Assembly (NCBI RefSeq): GCF_006345805.1 | Contig: NC_042997.1 | Coordinates: 174,220,001-174,284,000, forward strand | DNA length: 64,000 nt | DNA from: Octopus sinensis | Lineage: Eukaryota | Direction: 5' to 3' | Part shown: positions 38,122 through 51,086 of the stretch, piece after piece | How the letters are laid out: each line of letters opens with the position of its first letter | Numbering within the stretch: position 1 is the first letter of the stretch | Notes under the pieces: model-generated | Database searches by the model: none | Told to the model about the DNA's origin: nothing | The model's input: only the letters and a program-made list of their open reading frames with translations | Position numbers and translations under genes: made by a program

Positions 38122-38651
38122 AGGCCTTTAAGCTTCATTAATACAAGCCATGATGAAATCTGACAGGAAGATACCAATGTAAGAGATAAGATACGGGTGG
38201 GACTCATTGGTGTCCAGACTTGATATGAAATCTGTGTGCCAAGCAAAGTCGAAAGATTTGCTGGTGTGAGGGGCAACGGCTTCGACCAAATTTCTTGAAG
38301 GTAAGAGCCAGTTCTGATTGACAGAGGTAAATTTGTCTCTAATGGAAGGAAGTATAACGAAATAAATCGACCATCACAAATTACTAACAAATATATCGAT
38401 TGGCCTTTAAGTTTCATTAATACAAGCCATAATGAAATCTGATAGGAAGATACCAATGTAAGAGATAAGATGTGGATGGGACTCATTGGTGGCCAGACTT
38501 GAAAGATTTGCTGGTGTGAAGGGCAACGCTTTTGCGAAATTCCTTGAAGGTAAGAGACAGTTCTGATTGACAGAGGTAAATTTGTCTCTAAAGGAAGGAA
38601 GTATAACGAAATAAATCGACCTTCACAAATCACTAACACATAAGTTATCGA
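38122..38651. repeat. Two-unit tandem duplication (~280 + ~250 bp)
   Basis: GGCCTTTAAG..TCATTAATACAAGCCAT...GATTGACAGAGGTAAATTTGTCTCTAA..GAAGGAAGTATAACGAAATAAATCGACC occurs at 38122-38400 and 38401-38651. Unit 2 lacks ~29 bp. Confidence 0.93.
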
Positions 38652-40098
38652 TTGAGAATACTGAATGGCTAAATCAACTGTATGTAGAAACGTGTTTCTA
38701 TAACATTTGGAGGAAGCAGTTATCAATTATCTGCTATGCTTCGTTGTAAGGCGCTTTATCTACAAAGGCACAAGAGGGGTGGCAGTTGTTGTTTATCCCT
38801 ACAGAGCTACGATTAAGGACATTTCAATTGTAAATTTACTACTTTTTGGGGGGACGTAGGACTGGATTATTTTATATGTCCTTTATTTCACCAACGAAAG
38901 ATTTAAGACAAATTTGTCTGATATTTATAGCAATATCGATTGATAGAATGTTATTTTTTTTATATTTGAGATGATGTGACGGATTGTTTCAAGGGGTTAC
39001 ATTATACAATCAATTTATTATTGACCCTAGTACATCCTTATTATTTATTGACTGATCGTATATTAGATAAAATAGGTGTTAAATGAGATTTAAATTTAAG
39101 AAATAGAACGGTGAAACTCGATACTACAATTCATTTAGTCCACAGTTGAATCTTTTACGTTAACTGACCCATCATCATCCAAGCAAATACAAATGATTTA
39201 TTATATCAACGTGAATCTTTGAGAAATTTTGATATTTATCTGTATATCACATCCTTAACATGTGTAAGTGTAGGTTAAGTTTCTATGATTTTATTATTGC
39301 CCAAACACTTTGAGGTCATAGCATTTTCAGAGAGCCTGTTAATCTGTCTTCGACTTGGAGATAAATAGTGGAGATATTATTATAATATCTCTACAATTTA
39401 TCTCAAACAGATATGATAAAGCACGAAAATAAAGTCACCGCCGACTCGATACTTAGTGTGATTTCCTTCCTATTCCCCAAAGTAGCTAATACTTTTGTCA
39501 ATTAGGCAATGCTGACATGTTAACACTAGGTCATCTTTAGGATTATCGGAAAAAAATATCTCCAGGTCGAAGGAGGTGACAAAATATAACATAACGTCTG
39601 ATAAGATCAGCCTGGCTGTCATCTCTTGCAAACATACACACACGTACACATATACATACTCACAGATGCAGACATAAACGCACACATACACACACGCGCA
39701 GAGTTTCTATCAGCCTCTCGTTCTTTTCCGCCCTTTCCTTATTTCTATCGACACATAATAATAATTTAATTTATAATGATGAATTACTAATCTATCTCAT
39801 GACATCTCGCCTCACAACATTCATTACGACGTATTTTTTTCTTCCTAAATTACAATAAAATCAACCTTAATTGAAATAATAAAATATCAAGATCAAACTA
39901 CAAAGGGAAAAAAAATCTATCTGTACAGCATCGGAAAGAGAAGACAGAATTAGCGATAACAATAAAATAGAGAGTCGAGTTAAAAGCAATTTTTTGAAAA
40001 TATAAGACTTTGAATTCAATATGAACAGAATTCATTTTAAACACTAAATGGCATGTAGCTTCGTATCTGGGAAGCCAATGGACATTCTACATGCATTA

Positions 40099-40139
<41 letters not shown>

Positions 40140-40174
40140 CACACTCATGCAGACATATATATATATGTATATAA

Positions 40175-40330
40175 GGCGCAGGAGTGGCTGTGTGGGAAAA
40201 TGCTTGCTTCCCAACTACATCGATCCAGGTTCAATTCAACTGCATGGCACCTAAGTCAAGTGTCTTCTACTATAGTCTCAGGCTGACCAAAGTATTGGTA
40301 GACAGAAACTGAAAGAAGCCTCTTGTACAT
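40175..40330 (+). mobile_element. SINE family A head
   Basis: GGCGCAGGAGTGGCTGTGTGG...CAAGTGTCTTCTACTATAG...AGAAACTGAAAGAAGCC. Confidence 0.88.
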
Positions 40331-40332
40331 AT

Positions 40333-40405
<73 letters not shown>

Positions 40406-40436
40406 GTATAATATATATATATATATGTTTTTTTTT

Positions 40437-40791
40437 TCTTTTACTTGTTTCAGTCAGTTGACTGCGGCCATGCTGGAGCACCGCTTTTAGTCGAGCGACT
40501 CGACCCCGGGACTTATTCTTTGTAAGCCCAGTACTTATTCTATCGGTCTCTTTTGCCGAACCGCTAAGTGACGGGGTCATAAACACACCAGCTTCGGTTG
40601 TCAAACAATGTTAGGGGGACAAACACAGACATATAAACATACATGCACACACACACACATATGTATATATATATATATATATACGACGGGCTTCTTTCAG
40701 TTTTCGTCTGCCAAATCCACTCACAAGGCTTTGGTCGGCCCGGGGCTATAGTAGAAGACACTTGCCCAAGGTGCCACGCAGTGGGACTGAA
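40437..40791 (-). mobile_element. SINE family A, 5'-truncated, converging on the 40175 copy
   Basis: Complete tail (TTTACTTGTTTCAGTCAGTTGACTGCGGCCATGCTGGAGCACCGC) and body up to CCACGCAGTGGGACTGAAC. Confidence 0.93.
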
Positions 40792-40854
40792 CATGCACAA
40801 TTTTACAATTCTTCAAAATATATTTACACATATATTAGCAACTGCTGAAAATTT

Positions 40855-41086
40855 TAGACCTAGACTTCAGGAAGACATGGGACGAGGTGATCAAGCATTA
40901 CCTTCCTACGTTGAGCCCCACAGAGGCTATGACGAAAGACCAAGACCTCTAGAGACATGCTGTGACTTTGAAGACCCGACAAATGAAGTGAGTCCATGGC
41001 TCGCAGGACAGCCTGTTGTGTGCTAACCTTGGATTGCAGAGTGACCCGCTGTTCTTGAGGAGACCTATGAGTCAAGTACGTTAACA

Positions 41087-41088
<2 letters not shown>
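40855..41088 (+). mobile_element. RTE-clade LINE 3' end
   Basis: RKTWDEVIKHYLPTLSPTEAMTKDQDL*RHAVTLKTRQMK* matches the RTE C-terminal (GRPR)KTW...MT.DR..WR..V motif. Confidence 0.7.
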
Positions 41089-41148
<60 letters not shown>

Positions 41149-41198
41149 TAAAAAATGGAGTTAACGCAGGTTTTTAGGTTTTTTAAACAAGTATTTTT

Positions 41199-41285
41199 AC
41201 TTTCTACACATGTTCGAAAATTCCACTGATACTATTCAAAAGAATAAATGGTTATAAAACAATGCAATCGTCTCTTCGGGAAAGT
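41199..41285 (-). ncRNA. Degenerate minimal hammerhead motif downstream of the PLE ORF
   Basis: ACTTTC-CCGAAGA-GA...TC-GAAC-ATGT-GTA-GAAAGT. Perfect 6-bp stem I, palindromic ACATGT and GUA triplet, but core U4 is replaced by C and GAAA lacks one A. Confidence 0.5.
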
Positions 41286-42181
41286 GAAAAAAACGAAAAT
41301 CGTCAATACGACATTTTAGCAAAAAATGATGGATTTGTATAGCGATAGACAGAACGCTATTAATATTGTTTAAAAAAACGTTATATGATATAACGTCAAG
41401 TAGCTAACAGAAAGAGTAGGGATATTAATAGTGAATGTTAAATATAAAGGAATTAAAGTTTAAATATATATAATGATAGAGACTACTTATATGCACTAAA
41501 TGTATGTTTCTGCCAATGCTTACATCTGTATGCTCGTTCTATAACCGTGTTTACTAGAGTATTTTTAGAAAAAAATAATGAAAAATAGCTCAGAATTGCA
41601 GAGAAGACAGAATTTCTTGCCTTTGTCATATGGTATCGAAATTGAGAGGATCAACCATTCTAAATGAAATTGTTCATTGTGGTCTTTTAAATCCCAAATC
41701 AGTTTCCTGAGACCGGTACTATTCCGTTTATATCTATCCCTAAATGTTGAGTAATGGATAGAAATTCTTTTAGATAACTCTAACGATGTGCTTCCAATGT
41801 AAAATCGTACTTTATTACGAGTACTGATTATACACTGGTATATAGAATTTTTAATCTTAGAGTTACTTCTCGGGTGAGACCAGCTTTGTTATGAGCAAGC
41901 CAAAGTGCCTTATTAAGTACTATCGGATTAATAGACGAATAAAAATTGGAAATATCAAACTGGATAAACTTTGTACTCACCTTACTGTTAATAGACCTAA
42001 ACCAGTCAACTACTTCAAATGAATTAGTCCATATTATATCCTCTCATAATAACAAACTGTTAAATATTAATATATTTACTAATACTAACATTAATTTAGC
42101 TAATACCATCCAACCCTCTAGAAATATTAATAACAAGGTTATTGTATCTGAAGTCAATTCCAATAGAATTAAATTTATGTC
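41199..42181 (-). mobile_element. Internally deleted Penelope-like element: RT fragment, GIY-YIG endonuclease and 3' region
   Basis: Minus strand: WTNSFEVVDWFRSINSKVSTKFIQFDISNFYSSINPIVLNKALWLA (RT motif-3 region) joined at 41868 to NSKIKNSIYQCIISTRNKVRFYIGSTSLELSKRISIHYSTF...LRKLIWDLK...FHLEWLIL...KFCLLCNSE. After a 1-nt shift in a T run it continues KNTLVN...RCKHWQKHTFSAYK*. Confidence 0.9.
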
Positions 42182-42330
42182 AAGTAACTCTAAGATTAAA
42201 AATTCTATATACCAGTGTATAATCAGTACTCGTAATAAAGTACGATTTTACATTGGAAGCACATCGTTAGAGTTATCTAAAAGAATTTCTATCCATTACT
42301 CAACATTTAGGGATAGAAATAAACGGAATA
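42182..42330 (+). mobile_element. Inverted duplicate of the PLE GIY-YIG segment
   Basis: 149 bp, reverse complement of 41720-41868, with one mismatch seen. Confidence 0.95.
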
Positions 42331-42707
42331 TGCGTACTCTATGTCGGGGTTGATAAATAACGTACCAGTCCAGGTGTCTTGCTCAAATATAAGAGTATCT
42401 CATTAGATACCTTTGTAGTTGTTTCGGCTCTGGACGTTCTGAGAAAATCGAGTCCTGTAGCAAACAAAAATGGACATAGCCTTGAAAATTCCTTAAGCGA
42501 ATGCCAACGTACTTTTGTTCTTGACCTTAATGTCCGTACAGCAGCCGGCAGGAGAGAATAGAAAAGGAATCAAGTATTATCCCACAAACATACATAGACA
42601 CCAGCTCATACATATATATGTATGTATGCAGATGTGTGTGTGCTTGCGGGTAGGCGTGCGTGCGTGTGTGTGTGTGTGTATGCTCGCACGTATGAGAGAA
42701 ACAGAGA

Positions 42708-42738
<31 letters not shown>

Positions 42739-44649
42739 TGTATGTATGTATGTATGTATGCATGCATGTATGCATGTATGCATGTATGTGTGTATGTATG
42801 CTTGTATGTATATATGTATGTAACCCACAAAATAAGAGTTTGCCTATTTGAAAGCTACTAATTAAATTAAAATTTTATATAAAGATAGTTATACAAGTAT
42901 TCTTAATGAAAGAATAAAAGAATATCATACAGAATAATAACAAAAAAACAATGGTGATCAAGAACAACTAAACAACTCTTTTATTCATTAAAAAATAAAT
43001 TAATAAAACCGGTAAACAATGCAGGTTGGATTCACTTAAAAACATCCATTCTTTAATCTCAAATAATCTTTCAGTTAAGATTTTCTAATGCACGCTAGGT
43101 TCTCTACTTAAACTAATACTCTAAACAGCAGCTAATCAGTTTTCGTGCAGGAATATTTTAGAAAATTCCTAAAAACCTTTCTCGCATGAACATCATTTGG
43201 TGCGGTCAACATCTTATTTTTGGTCGATTTAATTGATTCGTAAGTTGTAAAAGTCTAAATGCGGGAGAAAAAAAAAAGAACCATTAAAAAAGACACATCA
43301 ATATAAAAATGGAAGACAAAGTACTATGAAATAAAAAAAAAAGGAACAACAACAACAAAAATAATAAATAAACTGCAGAAATTAATGAAGAAAATGAATT
43401 TTCAATGAAAAATCAAAATAAATGAATAACAAGGGAAATAATTCATAATTGAAAGCGTATTTTCTCTCGAAAGCGATAAATTGAAAAACGGGAAAATGTG
43501 GAGAAAAAATATAACTACACTTAAAACAAGCCGTTAGCCAGTAAAATATAATTCCCTGTGGAAAATTTTCATTTCATGAAGAAATTCTCTTTCATTTTTA
43601 AGAAATAAAAGAAGAAAATAGACGCTATTATTGTTTTTGTTACTATTTAGTTTTTATTTTTATTTTGTTGTTGATCTTTCTTCCTCCTCTGCCCCTCTTC
43701 TCGTATCCCCTTTTTTGTTCTTTTTTGTTTTCTTGTCTTCTTGATTTCTGCTCCTAACTCAAAACCTTCCATCTTCTTTAAGCTACAATAAAGACGATAT
43801 TGGGAGAATCGTTAGAACGTCGGAAATACTGCCATGCGGTATTTATGACGGTTCTTTAGCGATTGAGTTCAAGTCCTGTCAAGCTTTAACTTGCTTAACA
43901 ACTCTGAGATCAACGAACAAAAGTAAAATAAAAATGAAGTACCAATAAAGTACCTTGAGCCAATATTAGACAATTATTATCATAGGCAAAATAGATGTCG
44001 GAAAAATAACTTTCAGTTTTCTTTCTAGGTATTTTTATGTCCTGGTTTCAAAACCCGCCGATGCCAGTTTTCCTTTTCACTGTTTCAAGATCGATGAAAT
44101 AAAGTTCCAGTCAAAACGCGGAGTTTATGAAAGCGACTATTGATAAAATACAGTACCAGTCATGTAGTGAGGTTTATGTAGCCAACGAATTTCCTCCCTC
44201 AACGTTTATAATACGGCAGAAATTGAAGTACGAGGTCTGATCAATAAGTATGCGGACTGTTGTCATAGTAACGAAGCTAAAGCCCCTCAACCAGCTCCTC
44301 CCCAATAATTCAGGCCTTGTGCCTTTAATAGAAAGGATTATTACCATCTTTATTTTACATGTAGTAGTAACACGCGAAGGAGAGAGGAGATAAGTATCAA
44401 TTGCTGTTTCAGTTGTATTTTCGTTGTTGTTTTCAGCGCCTGATGACACCTGATTAAAGTACTGTCTATACAGGACTATATTATGCAATTCTAAGGATCT
44501 TTTTAAAGTCAGTTTGTAGGAAAATTTTACCTATTTCTAATAGGTCAAGCGATGGAGTGGTTGGGTCATATGTTGGTGTGTGGTGATACTACTACTACTA
44601 CTACTAATACTACTACTAGCAGCAGCAGCAGCAGCAGCACAGCAGCAGC

Positions 44650-44709
<60 letters not shown>

Positions 44710-44751
44710 TGCTGTATGTTGTAGTAGTAGTAGTAGTAGTAGTAGTAGTAT

Positions 44752-45030
44752 GAAAGGCAAAGTCGACCTCGGCGGAATTTGAACTCAGAACATAAAGACA
44801 GGAGAAGTACCGCTAAGCATGTCTCTCGGCGTGCTAACGTTTCTTATTTGAACTCAGAACGTAGCGGCAGACGAAATACTGCTAAGCATGTCGCCCGGCG
44901 TGGTAGCGTCTCTGCCAGCTCGCAGCCTTAAAGATTATTATTATTATTGTCAAGGCGGCGAGCCGGCAGAATTGTTAGCACGCTGTACAAAATGCTTAGC
45001 GGCGATTCATTCAGCTCTTTATGAGTTCAA
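44752..45030. mobile_element. Cluster of SINE family B heads (two on minus, one on plus, head-to-head)
   Basis: Minus copies at 44752-44843 and 44846-44930, a (TTA)n spacer, then plus copy AAGGCGGCGAGCCGGCAGAA from 44952. Confidence 0.88.
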
Positions 45031-45216
45031 ATTACGTAATAGGAGTGGATGCTGTTATTCTGCTTGTTGTAAGTCATGACAAACATCAAACTTTTGGGCG
45101 AGAGGCAAAATTGATGCAAATAGCAAAACTAAAGATATATTAAATGTGCTTTTGAATTTTTTTTATTCGTCAATAAGAATAGCCTCTCTTTGTTTTATAT
45201 GCCTATTTCTCTTTCC

Positions 45217-45254
<38 letters not shown>

Positions 45255-46191
45255 TTCTGTCGATGTCTCGCTTTCTCCCTATCTCCTTTCTCTCCTGCTT
45301 ATTGTACGTCCAATAAGAAATATTACCAACATATAAAGAAGCGTATACAAGAAAAACACAAAGGAAAAATCATAATAAACAAAAGACCTAAAATAACAAC
45401 AGGGACAACAACAACAAACCTAACAGCCGCGACGACGACGACGACGACGATGATGATGGTAATATCGAAAGACAAACAAAGGAAATAAAATCAGAATTTT
45501 AGTGGTATTGGTTGACAAAGGCGATCTTATGTGAGAGACGTAAAGTTCGTTACTGGTTCTTCAGGATCACGTATTAAACCTAAAACTCGATAAGGAACAT
45601 GTATAACCCAGCTGAAACAAGTAAATGTAAATTGTGATACACGTCGCGTGTGTCTGTGACATGCTTACACAGAGAGAGACGATAAAAGGCGTCGCGATAA
45701 TGTGTGATTGTACGTCCACCTGTGCAAATAATATGGGTTTCCAACCACTGAGAAATGGTATCAGTATAAAACAGAGAAGATCTTAGAAAATCAGGTTGTG
45801 AAACTGCTGCAGGAATTTACAATCTAGGCAGATGGGGTTCTTGAACACACAAAGCCAGAGAGAGGGGGGGATCGAAATTGACAGAGACAAAAGCAAAGAC
45901 AGTGAGAGAGAGAGAGAGAGAGAAGAGGTGTATGGCTTAATGTTTAGGAGGTTGGACTCATGAAGAAAGAAGATAGAAAGACAGAAAGGTGAAGTAATAC
46001 ATATATATACGTAAGTAAATATGTATATATGCACATATACATATATATATATATATATACATATGTGTGTGTGTGTGTGTGTGTGTGTGTACACAGATAT
46101 ACAAACATATATACTGTATATATGTATATATATATTAATAGATATCTATGCTTTATATGTATATATAGATATATATATATATATCTTAGGC

Positions 46192-46250
46192 TAAATGGCG
46201 GTGCCCCAGCATGGCCACAGCTCGTGAGCTGAAACTAGATAAAATAAAAA
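46192..46250 (+). mobile_element. Extreme 3' tip of the CR1/L2-type LINE family of 23043
   Basis: AAATGGCGGTGCCCCAGCATGGCCACAGCTCGTGAGCTGAAACTAGATAAAATAAAAA matches 23275-23325. Confidence 0.85.
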
Positions 46251-46444
46251 GATAAAATATGTATATATATGTATGTATATCTATAATTTATATATATACA
46301 TATATATATATGTATATATATAACCATCCGATTTTCTGAGTACCTCATTTCTTCTAACATATATATATATATATATATATACATATATATAGATATACAT
46401 ATATATATACATACATATATACATATATATACATGTATATATAT

Positions 46445-46510
<66 letters not shown>

Positions 46511-47002
46511 TCACATGTATATGGGAGAGCGAAGGAAAAGGAGAGACGATGCTGTTGAGAAACAGAAAAAGTGAGGAGTAAAAAATAAAAATTATGATCA
46601 GGAATGACTGAAATACTAAAAGAATAATAAACGAATTCATGGCAAAAACGATGAAAATTTTGAGAGGCAAAAATAACTTTCGAATGAAAGCAGTGGAAAT
46701 GGAAAGTATAAAGCTGAAAACGAGGAGGAATTTATGATCCTTTAAACTGTAAATTTTTATGCCATAGAAATGGATGCTGTGTGTTAAGCATGAAGATATA
46801 TGCTGTCTAAAAGACCTGTTTTTTTTTCGGCGTTACAAGGTGAAAGGCAGGAAAGAAGAATTAAGCGCTGCAATATAACACGACGTTTCCCTGATAAAGA
46901 AAGCAACCCTCTTTCACATATCATTTAATTCTAGTCACAATGTTACGTATACTAATTACGTACATAAACAACCAAACATTCGTACACGCACGCACACATA
47001 CT

Positions 47003-47035
<33 letters not shown>

Positions 47036-47117
47036 GCATATATATACATATGAATAGAGTGACAAATTGATATAGATATATAGATATATAGATGTATACC
47101 TAGAGATAAAAACGTCG

Positions 47118-47408
47118 CCCTTTTCAAGCCTAGCCAGGCCCATGGGCCCGGTTTCCCGGTTTCTGTGGAGTATGTGTTCCCCCCAGCTGGACGGGACGCC
47201 AGTCCATTGCAGCGTTACTCAAAAAACAGGAAGAGAGAAAGTTGTGGCGAATGAGTACAACAGGGGTCACCACCACCCCTGCCGGAGCATCGTGGAGCTT
47301 TTAGTAGTTTTCGCTCAATAAACGCACACAACGCCCGGTCTGGGAATCGAAACCGCGATCCTCCGATCGCGAGTCCACTGCCCTAACCACTGGGCCATTG
47401 CGCCTCCG
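47118..47408 (-). mobile_element. Nearly full-length SINE family C
   Basis: Head GCGGAGGCGCAATGGCCCAGTGGTTAGGGCAG...GGTTTCGATTCCC. The 3' part contains GTAACGCTGCAATGGACTGGCGTCCCGTCCAG...CAGAAACCGGG. Confidence 0.92.
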
Positions 47409-47744
47409 CATATCTAGAGATGTACATATATTATTATGAGGGCGTCCGCAATTCCTTGCTGAACTACTACACAGATGTTTGTTTATAGTGATCGAATACC
47501 TGTGTTCACATAGGCTAGCTTTCTACATCAAAATGATATTGCATGTACAGATGTACAAGTGTGTCACGAATCAGATGTCGAAACGATCGCAGGGAAATGT
47601 GAAAAGAAATGTTTTGTTCAAGAACGTAACGCACTGGCCTGTCTGGGAATCGAAGCCATGACCTCGCGATCGTGAGCTCATCCATTTGTGTTTGTGTGTG
47701 TCTGTGCCTGTGTGTATGCGTGTTCGTGTGTGTACTTATTTGTC

Positions 47745-47800
<56 letters not shown>

Positions 47801-47884
47801 ATATATTAGATATAGATATATATATACATATATATATATGTATATATATTATATATATATGTCTATATATATATATAATATATA

Positions 47885-47921
<37 letters not shown>

Positions 47922-48444
47922 ATAAAACAGAATCCAAGGGACTGATTCGGCTCTGCGTCAGCAAGATTTGTACATAGATACATATACACATTATTTAATC
48001 AAAAGTGGGAGAGAAGTTGGACACAAAGGAAGTAAAAGAGAAAAAAGTGAGAGAGACAATTCATACATAGATACATAGACTCAGCAAATACTGGCTGTCA
48101 CTTTCACTTTTCATTACCACACGAGAATAAAATTAACTCACAAATGGCTGCGTACTCGATAGATATGCATAACATTAACGTAGTTCTCAGGGAGATTCAG
48201 CCTCACACAGAATATGACAAAGCTGCCCCCTTTGAATTACAGCTACAACTCGAGACATATATGTATTTGTGTGTGTATGTAATATAGGTTAGTTAAAACA
48301 AGTTTGCGATAAGTGTTATGTGGTGGAAATAAACGCAATTACCAATTTTTCATTCATAAATCCGTTTATTATTTCGTTCTTTTGCATTTCAATTTGTACA
48401 TTTTTACCCAGACAATTTCAACAACTGCATGCGAGAAGAAATGG

Positions 48445-48760
48445 AAAAAATAATTCCCAGAATTAAATATTCCATTCACACTAAACAGACTTCAGTTTCC
48501 ACTTCGACTTGCATATTCAATGACAATTAATAAGGCACAAGGGCAAACATTTGTAAAAGTTGGAATACATTTGCCTCAACCGGTACTTTCTCATGGCCAA
48601 TTATATGTCACATTTTCAAGAACACGAGTTATGAACGATATCAAAGTAAGAGTTATGACACTCAATTGGGGTAACAGACAAGGCCATAAACGTGGTGTGA
48701 CACACACACAATATATTGTCTACCATGCAGTACTGTGAGGAAGACCACCGCACCAGCTAG
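48445..48760 (+). mobile_element. Helitron RepHel PIF1-helicase C-terminus with 3' CTAG
   Basis: RLQFPLRLAYSMTINKAQGQTFVKVGIHLPQPVLSHGQLYVTFSR...IVYHAVL* (stop at 48738). CTAG at 48757-48760. Confidence 0.88.
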
Positions 48761-48807
48761 CATCACCTGCACATCAGCTGCTCCATCATTACACATCCAC
48801 TTTACAC

Positions 48808-49008
48808 GACGGGTAAAATGCTTTGTGGCATTTCGTCTGTCTTTACGTTCTTAGTTCAAATTCCGCCGAGGTCGACTTTTTCTTTCATCCTTTCGGGGTC
48901 GATAAATTACCCGTTACGCACTGGGGTCGATCTAATCGACTTAATCCGTTTGTCCGTCCTTGTTTGTCCCCTCTATGTTTAGCCCCTTGTGGGCTATAAA
49001 GAAGTAAG
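48808..49008 (+). mobile_element. SINE family B, 5'-truncated
   Basis: AAATGCTT...GTTCAAATTCCGCCGAGGTCGAC...GTTTAGCCCCTTGTGGGC. Confidence 0.92.
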
Positions 49009-50662
49009 ATAGTCGCTCATCTTCTACTCATAGTACGCAGTATTCATAAAATAAATATTTACTCTTATTTTTCCATTGATCCCATATTCAAAAATAGAAA
49101 AATATCCCGTACATATAATAAAATCTTTAGTAAAATTACCTATATCTGCCACGTAAATAAGCGTGAATATTTCACGGAATTGCATTTAAGCGTATGTGTT
49201 AAGTGACAGATGATATAAAAACTTAGTTCAATTCAGGAAGAAATACACTTTACACTATCCACGCACTACCGCCACCTCCACCATCACAATCTCCACTACC
49301 ACCTCCATCTTCTCCCACACCCCCTCTCCCCTCCCCTCCCCGCCCTCCTCTCTCTTTCTCTCTCTCTCTACATTTCTTTTACCTCACCATCAGAATATCA
49401 CCCCTCTGCTAAAACTATATTTCAAACTCTCTTTCTCTATATCACTACCTTCGACTAACTTTTTTAACCCCTTTACCACACGTCATGGACGATCTTTTTT
49501 CTTTCCGTCTTTTCTCTTTCTCTCTTTCTGTCTCATTCTTCGCCTTATCCTCTTTTTCTCTCTCCTTTTATTATCTCCTCTCTTTCCCTTCAACTAATCA
49601 CTTGAAAGCATTACAATTACATCCCTCTACCTCACGTCATGGACTCTTCCCTCTCTCTTTTTCTCTTCCAATCATTTCTTTCTCCCCCACTTTTTTGTCT
49701 AATCACGTGAAAGCGTTACAGATGGGCTAAGTAACGTAATGGCAACAAAATTATTATAAGATGTAGGTAATGCTAAAGGGGAATAATTCACATGTTTATA
49801 AATCAGTGATTTTGAACCTAAAGGAATGTATTTGTCTGTACAGGAACATTAAACTTTTATAAAGGATTTTAAAGTGATTATATTACGCTAAGACTTAGAT
49901 AACATTAATGATATAGGCAAAGATAGATGAAGAATAATTAAATTATAAGAAGAGTGTGTGAAATTGTCAATAAACCTCGTAAACTTGGAATATGTTGACA
50001 GGATTTACATGGAGTGGAATTAAAATTAAAGATATAATTATAATGAAGAGACGGATAAGTGGATTATAATTAAAGATTTGTATGAGTGAGAAGGAATAAA
50101 TATACAGAGTTTCTCTCTAAACAGATTTTACAAAGTAGTTTGATAGGGATGGTTTTAAATGTGAATAATAATAGTAGCTTATGTTGTTAAGAGTAAATTT
50201 ACATTGGTTGTTTTATTATACCTGAGGTTGATTATTGCAAGGGAAATAAATTTTGCTGAAGGTTGCTGAAATCAATAGATGGTCGACTTTTTAATTGTGT
50301 GCGTATCTGTTTAAATCAGAATAAATTTACTTAACAGTTCAAGCAAAGGGAAAGAAATTTATGCTCTAGAGCAGTAATTAAAATTTTAGTGGAAATATAA
50401 TAAAATAGTAAGTGAAGTGTCATAACGGATTTAAGATATCGTGAAATAAGTAAAGGGGCACACCCAGATACATACACACACCAACACAAATAGAAATACA
50501 CACGTATAATGCAGATATACAAAAGCTGCGAGAAAAATGAAGGAAAATGTGATGAAAATTATAAAGTGTATGCAGAGAAAATCCGAAATCAAATATATTA
50601 AAATAGATTCTTGAATTTAATATTGGTTTCAAATTTTGAAACAAGGCCAGTAATTCCGGAGG

Positions 50663-50790
50663 AAGGGGTAAGTCGATTACATTGACCGCAGTGATAAAGT
50701 AGCATATATATAATCGATCCCAAAAGGATGAAAGGCAAAGTCGACCTCGGCGGAATTTGAACTCAGAACGTAACGACGGACGAAATGCCA
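50663..50790 (-). mobile_element. SINE family B fragment
   Basis: AAGTCGATTACATTGACC...GGCAAAGTCGACCTCGGCGGAATTTGAACTCAGAACG. Confidence 0.88.
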
Positions 50791-50914
50791 AAAGAGATAA
50801 TCATTATATCTTTTCGTATTAGATACAAGAAAAGGTAGTTTGGAAATTAAGTTGTTTTTATAATGGCTGTAAAGTTATGATATGGTATTCATATGGGGGA
50901 AGAGGAACAATATT

Positions 50915-51086
50915 CGTTTCTACTCTAGGTACAAGGCCTAACATTTTTGGGGAAGGGGACAGTCGATTAGATCGACCCAGTACGCAACTGGTACTTAATT
51001 TATCGACTCCGAAAGAATAAAAAGCAAGGTCAATCTCGGCAGAATTTGAACTCAGCGAGCTTACGTTTTTGCCAGCTCGCCGCCTT
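50915..51086 (-). mobile_element. Internally deleted SINE family B with 17-bp TSD
   Basis: Flanked by GGAAGAGGAACAATATT at 50898-50914 and 51087-51103. Confidence 0.92.

Noticed and set aside
41946-42353. 135-aa plus-strand ORF as an intact endonuclease gene
   Set aside because: Chimeric: the first ~80 codons are antisense to the PLE RT fragment, and only 42182-42330 is GIY-YIG sense sequence.
47330-47408. tRNA genes at SINE heads (also 30900-30967, 32370-32445 and the family A/B heads)
   Set aside because: A/B boxes are present, but the sequences continue into SINE bodies and lack a complete cloverleaf.
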